DNA from: Pseudomonadales bacterium
GTDB taxonomy: Bacteria; Pseudomonadota; Gammaproteobacteria; Pseudomonadales; Azotimanducaceae
Reading direction: 5' to 3'
Length of the DNA stretch: 64,000 bases
Assembly (NCBI GenBank): GCA_041690675.1
Contig: JAWLGU010000004.1
Coordinates: forward strand, 34,636 to 98,635
Shown: positions 44,376 to 55,665 of the stretch, piece after piece
Position numbering within the stretch: position 1 is the first letter of the stretch
How the letters are laid out: every line of letters begins with the position of its first letter
Program-made: the position numbers and the translations under genes
The notes under the pieces: generated by a model
Seen by the model: the letters and a program-made list of their open reading frames with translations, nothing else
Told to the model about the DNA's origin: nothing
The model's database searches: none

Positions 44376-44732
44376 TCAGCGTGCGGCCTGAGCGGCGTCC
44401 TGGCAGCACAGGTCGCGCAGATGGGCCACCAATGCGTGGATCTGCTCGTCACTCAGGTTGCCGCCCCAGGCGGGCATGAGCACGGACTTGTTGATGGCCT
44501 TGCCGCCGTGCTTGATGACCTTGAACAGGTCCTCGTCGGTCCGCGTGGCCATCTCCGAGGGGTCCGTGTGGTCCCGGGGCTGAACGGCCATGTGGGGCGC
44601 GTTGATGCCGTTGCCGTCCCCCTCGATGCCGTGGCACTGGGTGCAGTACACCCGGTAGAGGAGGGAACCCTCGTCCGCCGCGCAGGTGCCGGCCACAGCC
44701 AGCAGGAAGAGGATGATGATCCTGTTGCTCAT
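44376..44732 (-). CDS. Monohaem c-type cytochrome, periplasmic
   Basis: 118 aa from MSNRIIILFLLAVAG, with a single CTQCH haem motif and a distal Met region (VLMPAW). ATGA overlap with the upstream dihaem gene. Confidence 0.8.
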   Translation of the reverse strand: MSNRIIILFLLAVAGTCAADEGSLLYRVYCTQCHGIEGDGNGINAPHMAVQPRDHTDPSEMATRTDEDLFKVIKHGGKAINKSVLMPAWGGNLSDEQIHALVAHLRDLCCQDAAQAAR

Positions 44733-45421
44733 GGCTGTGGCTCCCCGATCACCTTTAGGTAGTTCACCAGCTTCGCCACCGCTGCATCGTTCATGTCGGG
44801 GACCGGCATCATGCTGCCGGGGTCCCAGGCGGTGGGATTCTTCACGTAGCTGAAGATGAAGGCGGGCTGCAGCCGCTGCCACGCCGTGTACACCTCGGGG
44901 CCGGAGACGCCGCCTTCGTCGGGGGCGTCCTGGTGGCAGGCGTTGCAGCCCTTGAACTTGCGGAAGTCCAGCATGCCCATGCGCAGGGCCACGGAGCCAG
45001 GCTCGTAGGCCTCGGGGTCCACCAGGCCGTCCGCGGCGCGCAGGGTCATGAGGAACCCGGTCACCGCGCGAGCCTCGCCGGAGGCCAGGGCCGGGTGTTC
45101 CGGCAGGCTGGCCGGGTCCACGCGGTCGCCGTCGGCGTGGTGCTGGGCGTGGGCGGGCGGGAAGTACCCGGCCGGACGGATGCGCGCTGGCGCCTGCAGC
45201 CAGGCCTCGAGCCACTCCGCCCGGTACTTGTCCCCGGCGTAGTGCAGGGGCGGCGCCTGGCGCTCCGCCCGCACCAGCGTGGCCGCTTCGCCCTGCTCCG
45301 TGGCCGTCAGCGCATGGCAGGCGGCGCACTGGCCTTCGGCGACGGCCGCGCCGTCCGCCGCGGCGGTCCAGGGCAGGCACAGGCCCAGCAGCCCGATCAG
45401 CAGATGGGTCGCTCTTCGCAT
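44729..45421 (-). CDS. Dihaem c-type cytochrome, periplasmic
   Basis: 230 aa with a signal peptide and two CxxCH motifs (CAACH, CNACH). Confidence 0.8.
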   Translation of the reverse strand: MRRATHLLIGLLGLCLPWTAAADGAAVAEGQCAACHALTATEQGEAATLVRAERQAPPLHYAGDKYRAEWLEAWLQAPARIRPAGYFPPAHAQHHADGDRVDPASLPEHPALASGEARAVTGFLMTLRAADGLVDPEAYEPGSVALRMGMLDFRKFKGCNACHQDAPDEGGVSGPEVYTAWQRLQPAFIFSYVKNPTAWDPGSMMPVPDMNDAAVAKLVNYLKVIGEPQP

Positions 45422-45433
45422 ATCGTGCTCCGG

Positions 45434-46375
45434 TCAGCGCAGGATGAGCTGATCGCCGCGGCCCTTCTTGGGGTCGGCGTCCTTGTGGGTCATGAGCACG
45501 GTGATGGCACCGTTCAGGGCGTGCTTCATGCGGTGATCGACGATGGCGTTGTTGGTGGCCCGGTCGCCGGGGGGCACGATGTCCAGCACCATGGCGTGGG
45601 CCGGAGCCACGTCCACCGTCTGCAGGCCGTAGCTCACGTTCAGCGGGTGGCCGTTGTCCCACACTCGGTCCCAGATGCCGGCGATGGGGTGGACGGCGGC
45701 TGCGTCGTTGATGGAGGCGTTGACGTAGTAGATGCGCACGCGCTCGCCGGGCTTGGCTTCCAGCGCCAGGCTGGCGTTGGCGTCGTGCACCGGGTCGTAG
45801 TGGAACACCTTGCCGTTGATGAGCTTGGCCTTCCAGCCTTCGCCCATGGTCATCCGGTCCGCGGGGGTGCCCTCCTCGAACAGGTCGCCCTGGACCAGCA
45901 CGTACTCGCGGTCGGGCCTCGGGTAGGCGTCGCTGTAGCCGTCCTTGGGATCGACGATGATCACGCCGTACATGCCGCGGCCGATGTGCTCCGACATCGA
46001 CTCGGCACCGCAGTGGTAGATGAACACCCCGGGATAATCGGCGCTGAACTGGAAGTGCTTGGTGTCGCCGGGGCGCACCTCGGCGAACTCGTCGAGGACG
46101 TCCACCCGGGCAGCGTGAAAGTCCATCGAGTGGCTGTTGCCGTTGTCCGGGTGGTTGTGGAGCTTGAAGTCCACCACGTCGCCCTGGGTCACCCGCACCA
46201 GCGGCCCGGGGATGGTGCCGCCGTAGGTCCACATCTTCTGCTTGGTGCCGGCGTTGTCGACGGCGATCTCCAGCTCCTTCACGGTCATCTCCACTTCCAC
46301 CGTCGCGGCCGGAGCCGGGGTGGTCAGCAGGGTCGCAGCGCCAGCCAGCACGGCGCCGAGAATGCGGCTCGACAT
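45434..46375 (-). CDS. Copper-containing nitrite reductase-like (NirK-family) two-cupredoxin protein
   Basis: 313 aa with a signal peptide. NirK-type ligand blocks are HSMDFHAA, YHCGAESMSEHIGRGMYG and IVDHRMKHALNGA. Strong RBS (AAGGAGAG) upstream of ATG 46375. Confidence 0.75.
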   Translation of the reverse strand: MSSRILGAVLAGAATLLTTPAPAATVEVEMTVKELEIAVDNAGTKQKMWTYGGTIPGPLVRVTQGDVVDFKLHNHPDNGNSHSMDFHAARVDVLDEFAEVRPGDTKHFQFSADYPGVFIYHCGAESMSEHIGRGMYGVIIVDPKDGYSDAYPRPDREYVLVQGDLFEEGTPADRMTMGEGWKAKLINGKVFHYDPVHDANASLALEAKPGERVRIYYVNASINDAAAVHPIAGIWDRVWDNGHPLNVSYGLQTVDVAPAHAMVLDIVPPGDRATNNAIVDHRMKHALNGAITVLMTHKDADPKKGRGDQLILR

Positions 46376-46420
46376 GGTCTCTCCTTGTTCTGATTCGAGG
46401 GCTATGCGCTCGTCTCTGTT

Positions 46421-46435
46421 ACAAGGATCGGGCCA
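46421..46435 (-). promoter_or_regulatory. Candidate sigma-54 (-24/-12) promoter for the nirK-like operon
   Basis: The minus strand reads TGGCCCGATCCTTGT, against the consensus TGGCACG-N4-TTGC. That is 9 of 11 specified positions, with correct GG-to-TTG spacing and the -12 GC read as GT. It lies about 46-60 nt upstream of the ATG and next to a divergent sigma-54 activator gene. Confidence 0.5.
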
Positions 46436-46475
46436 TTTCGTAACTTATTGAAACGCTTGCTGTTCGCTTGCAAGT

Positions 46476-46492
46476 GATGTTTTAGTAACATC
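46476..46492. promoter_or_regulatory. Palindrome GATGTT-N5-AACATC (contains a GT-N7-AC core); candidate NorR-type upstream activating site
   Basis: Perfect 6-bp arms read from the sequence, about 40-60 bp upstream of the -24 element. Next to it are CGCTTGC direct repeats at 46454-46460 and 46465-46471, and the palindrome CTTGCAAG at 46467-46474. Confidence 0.3.
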
Positions 46493-46529
46493 GCTCGACG
46501 GATGTCGAAATCACAGCAATGGATTCAGA

Positions 46530-48068
46530 ATGACTACATCTCCCGTGCTCGCGTCCCTGTCCGACATCGTCGCCGACCTGTCGCGCGAGCTGCCGCCGGA
46601 AGCGCGCTTTCAGCGCCTGCTGGAGGCGCTTATGGCGGGCTTCCCGTGCGATGCCGCCGCCCTGCTGCAGCTCGAGGACGACTGCCTGATGCCGCGGGCG
46701 GTGAAAGGGTTGTCCCGGGAGGCCCTGGGGCGGCGCTTCCGGCTCGCCGAGCAGCCGCGGCTCAAGGAGATCCTCCACAGCCGCGGGCCGGTGCGGTTTC
46801 CCGCCGACTCGCGGTTGCCCGATCCCTACGACGGGCTGGTGGACGCGCCGGACGGCCACATCTACGTGCACGACTGCCTGGGCGCGCCGCTGCACGTGGA
46901 CGGCCGGGCGTGGGGGGTGCTGACCCTGGATGCGCTGGCGCCGGGACGCTTCGCGGAGCTCGACCTGGAGCTGTTCGAGGCGTATGTCTCGGTGGCTGCC
47001 GCGTCGATTCGAGCGGCGGACGTGATCGATTCGCTGGAGGTGGAGCTCGAGCATCGCCAGCTCGTCCAGGAGTCCTGGCTGGCCGCGGAGCCGGAGCGTC
47101 CGTCGATCGGCGAGAGCCCGGTGATGCGGCGCCTCATGCGCGAGGCGGACGTGGTGGCCCAGGCGGATGTGCCGGTGCTGATCCAGGGCGAGACCGGGGT
47201 GGGCAAGGAGCTGGTGGCCCGGCACATCCACCGCCATTCGCCCCGGGCGAGCCAGCCCATGATTCACGTGAACTGTGCAGCATTGCCGGAAGCCATCGCC
47301 GAGAGCGAGCTGTTCGGTCACGTGAAAGGCGCGTTCTCCGGCGCCACCCAGGACAGGGCCGGAAAGTTCGAGCTGGCGGACCAGGGGACCCTGCTGCTCG
47401 ACGAGGTGGGCGAGTTGCCCCTCGGCATTCAGGCCAAGCTGCTCAGGACCCTGCAGAGCGGCGAGCTGCAGCGGGTGGGCAGCGACCGCGCCCATCACTG
47501 TGACGTGCGGGTCATCGCCGCCACCAACCGCGATCTGGACGAGGAGGTGCGGGCCCGGCGCTTCCGGGCCGATCTGTTTCATCGCCTGAACGTCTATCCC
47601 CTGGTGGTGCCGCCGCTAAGGGAGCGGGGCGGCGACGTCAGCCTGCTGGCCGGGGCGTTCATGCAGGCATGCGAGCGCAAGCTCGGGCTGCGCGGGCTGC
47701 GCCTCAGCGCCGCCGCCCGCCAGTGGCTCACCCGTTATGAGTGGCCCGGCAACGTCCGGGAGCTCGAGCACGCCATAACCCGGGCGGTGGTGCGGGCGTT
47801 GAGCGAAGGGCATTCGCGAAGTCGCGTCATCGAGCTCGGGCCGAGGCACCTCGGGGCGGACCCGGTGGGCGACGGGACCGCGGCCGCGGGCGCGGTTGCC
47901 GCCGAGCTTCCGGATCTCACCTTCGCCGAGGCGGTGGACCGGTTCAAGCGGGAGCTCGTCCGCAGCCGGCTGGCGCGCCACCAGGGCAACGCCGCCGCCG
48001 CGGCCCGCTCCCTGGGGCTGGATCGGGGCAACTTCTACCGGCTGTGCAAGCGGTTGGGCCTGCGCTGA
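46530..48068 (+). CDS. norR: NorR-type NO-responsive sigma-54-dependent transcriptional activator (GAF-AAA+-HTH)
   Basis: The N-terminal GAF region strongly resembles E. coli NorR (RFQRLL...CDAAALL...LGRRFRLAEQPRL...VRFPADSRLPDPYDGL). AAA+ domain with GETGVGKE and GAFSGA (GAFTGA variant) and RVIAATNRDL. C-terminal Fis-type HTH. Confidence 0.8.
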   Translation: MTTSPVLASLSDIVADLSRELPPEARFQRLLEALMAGFPCDAAALLQLEDDCLMPRAVKGLSREALGRRFRLAEQPRLKEILHSRGPVRFPADSRLPDPYDGLVDAPDGHIYVHDCLGAPLHVDGRAWGVLTLDALAPGRFAELDLELFEAYVSVAAASIRAADVIDSLEVELEHRQLVQESWLAAEPERPSIGESPVMRRLMREADVVAQADVPVLIQGETGVGKELVARHIHRHSPRASQPMIHVNCAALPEAIAESELFGHVKGAFSGATQDRAGKFELADQGTLLLDEVGELPLGIQAKLLRTLQSGELQRVGSDRAHHCDVRVIAATNRDLDEEVRARRFRADLFHRLNVYPLVVPPLRERGGDVSLLAGAFMQACERKLGLRGLRLSAAARQWLTRYEWPGNVRELEHAITRAVVRALSEGHSRSRVIELGPRHLGADPVGDGTAAAGAVAAELPDLTFAEAVDRFKRELVRSRLARHQGNAAAAARSLGLDRGNFYRLCKRLGLR

Positions 48069-48115
48069 CCCTGAGCTACCATGGGGCGGTCGCAAGCCAC
48101 GACGGAGCGTCGGTG

Positions 48116-48820
48116 ATGAAGGTGCGCGTCTACCGCTACCGGCCCGAGCTCGACGACGTCCCGCACATGCAGGATTTCGACTTCGACCTGCCGGCCGGGC
48201 AGGATCTCATGGTGCTCGACGTGCTCGAGCGGCTCAAGGAGCGGGACCCTACCCTCACGTACCGCCGCAGTTGCCGGGAAGGGGTCTGCGGATCCGACGG
48301 CATGAACATCAACGGCGCCAATGCGCTGGCCTGCACCACCCACGTCTCGGACGTGGCGTCCCGCGGCCTGCTCGAGCTCAGGCCGATGCCGGGGATGCCG
48401 GTGATCCGCGATCTGGTGGTGGACATGAGCCAGTTCTTCCGTCAGTACGAGGCGGTGCAGCCGTACCTCATGAACGACGAGCCGCCGCCGGCCCAGGAGC
48501 GGCTGCAATCTCCCGAGGAGCGGCGGCGGCTCGACGGCTTCTACGAATGCATCCTCTGCGGCTGCTGCTCGTCGGCGTGCCCTTCGTGGTGGTGGAATCC
48601 CGACCGGTACGTGGGCCCGGCCGGGCTGCTGTGGGCCTGGCGGTTCCTGGCGGACACCCGCGACACCGCGACCCGTGAGCGGCTCGCCGGGCTCGCGGAT
48701 CCGTACAGCGTGTTCCGCTGCCGCGGCATCCTCAACTGCACGGCCGTGTGTCCCAAGGGCTTGAATCCCCGCAACGCCATCTCGAGGATCGAGGGGCTCC
48801 TGGTGAAAGAGGGCGTGTGA
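48116..48820 (+). CDS. sdhB: Succinate dehydrogenase/fumarate reductase iron-sulfur subunit
   Basis: 234 aa with the three Fe-S cysteine clusters CREGVCGSDGMNINGANALAC, CILCGCCSSACP and CRGILNCTAVCP. GGAG lies 8 nt upstream of the ATG. No sdhA, sdhC or sdhD is adjacent. Confidence 0.85.
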   Translation: MKVRVYRYRPELDDVPHMQDFDFDLPAGQDLMVLDVLERLKERDPTLTYRRSCREGVCGSDGMNINGANALACTTHVSDVASRGLLELRPMPGMPVIRDLVVDMSQFFRQYEAVQPYLMNDEPPPAQERLQSPEERRRLDGFYECILCGCCSSACPSWWWNPDRYVGPAGLLWAWRFLADTRDTATRERLAGLADPYSVFRCRGILNCTAVCPKGLNPRNAISRIEGLLVKEGV

Positions 48821-48848
48821 GCGCTGCACCGGGTATGATCCTCGGCCC

Positions 48849-49181
48849 ATGAGCCACTGGATCTTTCTCGCCGGCGCCATCCTGCTGGAGGTGTGCGGAA
48901 CCGTGTGCATGAAGCTGTCCAACGGCTTCGAGCATCTGGTCTATTCGATTCTGGTGTACGTCTTCTACGGTTTCTCGTTCTACATGCTGGCCATCGCCCT
49001 GAAAACCATCGACATCGGCATCGCCTACGCCATCTGGGCGGCGGTGGGCACGGCGCTCATCGCCGCCATCGGGGTCATGTTCTTCAGCGAGGGCATGGAC
49101 GTGGTCAAGGCCGTCTCCCTGGCCGCCATCATCGCGGGCGTGATCGGCCTGAACCTCTCCGGCGCCCGCGGCGAGCTCTGA
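48849..49181 (+). CDS. SMR-family (EmrE/Qac-like) small multidrug efflux protein
   Basis: 110 aa with four TM segments and the conserved membrane Glu in AILLEVCGTVCMKLSNGF. Confidence 0.85.
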   Translation: MSHWIFLAGAILLEVCGTVCMKLSNGFEHLVYSILVYVFYGFSFYMLAIALKTIDIGIAYAIWAAVGTALIAAIGVMFFSEGMDVVKAVSLAAIIAGVIGLNLSGARGEL

Positions 49182-49186
49182 GGCCC

Positions 49187-49975
49187 ATGCTCGAGCGCTG
49201 GCGGCAATGGCGGCGCAGCCGGCGGCTGGCCCGGTACGCCGTGGACGCCACGCTGTGGCGGCGGGTGCTGGAGGCCTTCCCCATGTTCGCGCGGCTCTCC
49301 CCGGCGGAGCGGGCACGGCTCTACGAGCTGACCGTGCTGTTCCTCGCCGAGAAGCGCTTCTTCGGTACGCACGGTCTGCAGGTGGAGGATTTCATGCGGG
49401 TCAGCGTGGCGGCCCGGGCGTGCCTGCTGGTGCTCGGGATCGGGCTGGAGTTCTACCGCGGCTGGCGCACCGTGATCCTCTATCCCGGCGGCTTCGTCGC
49501 CGAGCGTGAGGTGGAGGACGAGTTCGGCGTGGTGCACACCGGGGTGGAGGCCCTGGACGGTGAATCCATGTACCGCGGCGCGGTGGCGCTCAACTGGGAG
49601 GAGGCGGCCCCGACCGCGCCGGGGGCGGACCGGGAGAGTGAGGGTCTCGACGTGGTGCTGCACGAGCTCGCCCACAAGCTCGACGAACTGAGCGGCGACG
49701 CCAATGGCATGCCGCCGCTGCACGGCGACATGCCGGTTCGCGAGTGGTCGGAGGCATTTCTGGCCGCCTACGAGACCTTCGTCGGCTGGGTGGAGGCGGG
49801 GGTGGAGCCACCGTTCGACGACTATGCGTCGACGGATCCCGCGGAGTTCTTCGCCGTGGCCACCGAGACGTTCTTCCTGAGCCCGCGGATTCTGCTCGAG
49901 GCGTTGCCGGACGTGTACCGGCAACTCGCGCGGTTCTACCGTCAGGACCCCGCTGCCGCCAGGGCGGCGGCGTGA
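49187..49975 (+). CDS. mtfA: MtfA-family zinc-dependent peptidase (M90)
   Basis: 262 aa with the HELAHKLD zinc motif and an MtfA-like N-terminal region (LFLAEKRFFG...). Confidence 0.7.
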   Translation: MLERWRQWRRSRRLARYAVDATLWRRVLEAFPMFARLSPAERARLYELTVLFLAEKRFFGTHGLQVEDFMRVSVAARACLLVLGIGLEFYRGWRTVILYPGGFVAEREVEDEFGVVHTGVEALDGESMYRGAVALNWEEAAPTAPGADRESEGLDVVLHELAHKLDELSGDANGMPPLHGDMPVREWSEAFLAAYETFVGWVEAGVEPPFDDYASTDPAEFFAVATETFFLSPRILLEALPDVYRQLARFYRQDPAAARAAA

Positions 49976-50051
49976 ACGGCGCCGCCGTGATCCAGCGCCG
50001 GTTGCGGACGTAAGCCACGGCGGATTATTCCGCCGTCACGGTTGCCAAAAG

Positions 50052-50071
50052 TACTGACTAAATATACAGTG
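50052..50071. promoter_or_regulatory. LexA (SOS) box upstream of recA
   Basis: TACTGACTAAATATACAGTG matches the gammaproteobacterial CTG-N10-CAG consensus (TACTGTATATATATACAGTA). It lies 26 nt upstream of the recA ATG. Confidence 0.85.
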
Positions 50072-50096
50072 CACCCACCGAATCAGGGAGAGCGCG

Positions 50097-51164
<1,068 letters not shown>

Positions 51165-51170
51165 GCGGCC

Positions 51171-51710
51171 ATGGTCGATCGTTCGTACCGGGCGACGCCG
51201 AACGGGCTGTCTGACCCCGGGAGCGATGCCGATGAGCGGGCGTGTGCCCTGGCCGAGGACGACGGCAAGTACCGGGCAGCCATGGAGCGTGCCGTTCGGC
51301 TGCTCGCCCAGCGCGAGCATTCGGTGCGCGAGCTCTGCGACAAGCTCTCGGCGCGAGGGGTGGATGCCGCAACGGCGAGCCTGGTCGTGGACGATCTTCG
51401 GGGGCGCGGGCTTCAGTCCGATGCGCGGTTCGCCGAGGCCTTCGTCCACAGCCGCACGGCACGCGGTCATGGTCCCGTGCGCATCCGCCAGGAGCTGGCC
51501 CAGCGGGGGATCGACGACCACGTCGCGGACGAGGTGCTCACCCGGCCCGCAGGCTACTGGCTGGATCTGGCGGACCGGGCACGGGCCAAGAAGTTCGGCG
51601 CCGAGCTCCCCGCCGACCGGGACGCCTGGAACCGGCAGGCGCGGTTTCTCTCCAGTCGCGGGTTTCCGTCGGACCTGATCTACCGGGTGCTCGAGGGGAC
51701 CGAGGCGTAG
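51171..51710 (+). CDS. recX: Regulatory protein RecX
   Basis: 179 aa and helical-repeat rich ([15 protein letters not shown]...). Canonical position after recA. Confidence 0.85.
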   Translation: MVDRSYRATPNGLSDPGSDADERACALAEDDGKYRAAMERAVRLLAQREHSVRELCDKLSARGVDAATASLVVDDLRGRGLQSDARFAEAFVHSRTARGHGPVRIRQELAQRGIDDHVADEVLTRPAGYWLDLADRARAKKFGAELPADRDAWNRQARFLSSRGFPSDLIYRVLEGTEA

Positions 51711-51798
51711 CGCGGCTCACCTGGTCCGCGCCCCGGCGCCATGGCATTCGCCTACCGTTTCTTTATACTTTGCGCCCCATTCGACCGACCCGTGCTCG

Positions 51799-54408
<2,610 letters not shown>

Positions 54409-54413
54409 CTTCC

Positions 54414-55649
54414 ATGGCGCTCATCGTTCAGAAGTACGGCGGTACCAGCGTCGGCAGCGTGGAGCGCATCCACGCCGTGGCGGATCGGGTCCTCGGTTAC
54501 CTGGAGCGCGGGCACCGAGTGGTGGTGGTGGTTTCCGCCATGAGCGGCGAGACCAACCGTCTCGTAGAGCTCGGCCGCTCGGTTTCCGCTCGGCCGCTGC
54601 CGCGGGAGATGGACGTGCTGCAGGCCGCTGGCGAGCAAGTCACCGTGGCCCTGCTGGCCATGGCACTCTCGGACCGTGGTCATCCCGCCAAGTCCTACCT
54701 GGCGGACCAGGTGGCCATCCGCACGGATTCCAGCTTCGGCCGGGCCCGGATCAATGGCATCGATACCGAGCGTCTGCAGGCGGATCTCGCGCGCGGCATC
54801 GTTCCGGTGGTGGCCGGATTCCAGGGTGTGGACGGCGATGGCAACCTCACGACCCTCGGTCGCGGCGGTTCCGACACCACTGCGGTGGCCGTGGCGGCTG
54901 CGCTCGAGGCCGACGAGTGCGAGATCTGCACCGACGTGGACGGCGTCTACACCGCCGACCCCCGCATCGTCGAGGACGCCCGGCGCATGGACCACGTGAC
55001 CTTCGAGGAGATGCTCGAGCTGGCGAGCCTCGGCTCCAAGGTGCTGCATCCGCGGTCGGTGGAGTTCGCCGGCAAGTACAAGGTTCCTCTCAGGGTGCTG
55101 TCGTCATTCGAAGAGGGTTCCGGCACCCTGATTACCACGGAGACGAACGAGATGGAGCAGCCCATCGTGTCCGGCATCGCGCATTCCCGGGACGAGGCGA
55201 AGATCACCATGTCCGGGGTGCCGGATGTCCCCGGGGTCGCATCACGCATCCTCGGACCCATCGGCCGCGCGCCCATTGAGGTGGACATGATCGTCCAGAA
55301 CACCGGGGCCGACGGACTCACCGATTTCACCTTCACGGTGAAGCGCGACGACTACGAGCGCGCCCTGGAGCTGCTCGGCCCGGTGCGCGAGGAGCTCGGC
55401 GCGCGGTCGCTTTCCGGCGACAATCGCATCGTCAAGGTGTCGGTGGTGGGTGTGGGCATGCGTTCCCACGCCGGAGTGGCCACTCGCGTCTTCGACGCCC
55501 TGGCCGCGGAGAACATCAACATCCAGATGATCTCCACCTCGGAGATCAAGATCTCGGTGGTGGTGGCGGAGCGCTACCTCGAGCTGGCCGTGCGCGCGAT
55601 TCACGACGAGTTCGGGCTGGGCGAGGAGCACGTCACCGCCGAGGCGTAG
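54414..55649 (+). CDS. lysC: Aspartate kinase
   Basis: MALIVQKYGGTSVGS N-terminus and C-terminal ACT domains, 411 aa. The longer ORF start at 53892 overlaps alaS and is rejected. Confidence 0.93.
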   Translation: MALIVQKYGGTSVGSVERIHAVADRVLGYLERGHRVVVVVSAMSGETNRLVELGRSVSARPLPREMDVLQAAGEQVTVALLAMALSDRGHPAKSYLADQVAIRTDSSFGRARINGIDTERLQADLARGIVPVVAGFQGVDGDGNLTTLGRGGSDTTAVAVAAALEADECEICTDVDGVYTADPRIVEDARRMDHVTFEEMLELASLGSKVLHPRSVEFAGKYKVPLRVLSSFEEGSGTLITTETNEMEQPIVSGIAHSRDEAKITMSGVPDVPGVASRILGPIGRAPIEVDMIVQNTGADGLTDFTFTVKRDDYERALELLGPVREELGARSLSGDNRIVKVSVVGVGMRSHAGVATRVFDALAAENINIQMISTSEIKISVVVAERYLELAVRAIHDEFGLGEEHVTAEA

Positions 55650-55665
55650 GTCCGCGAGGCCAGCG

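Noticed and set aside
46412-46422. A second GT-N7-AC match (GTCTCTGTTAC), considered as a NorR binding site.
   Set aside because: It lies downstream of, and overlaps, the candidate -12 element, where an activator site makes no sense. The motif is also so degenerate that a chance hit in about 150 bp is expected.
48821-48848. A guanidine-type riboswitch upstream of the SMR gene. SugE/Gdx-type SMR genes often carry one.
   Set aside because: The spacer is only 28 nt and has no ACGR-loop hairpins. The protein also looks more like the EmrE/Qac subtype than the Gdx subtype.
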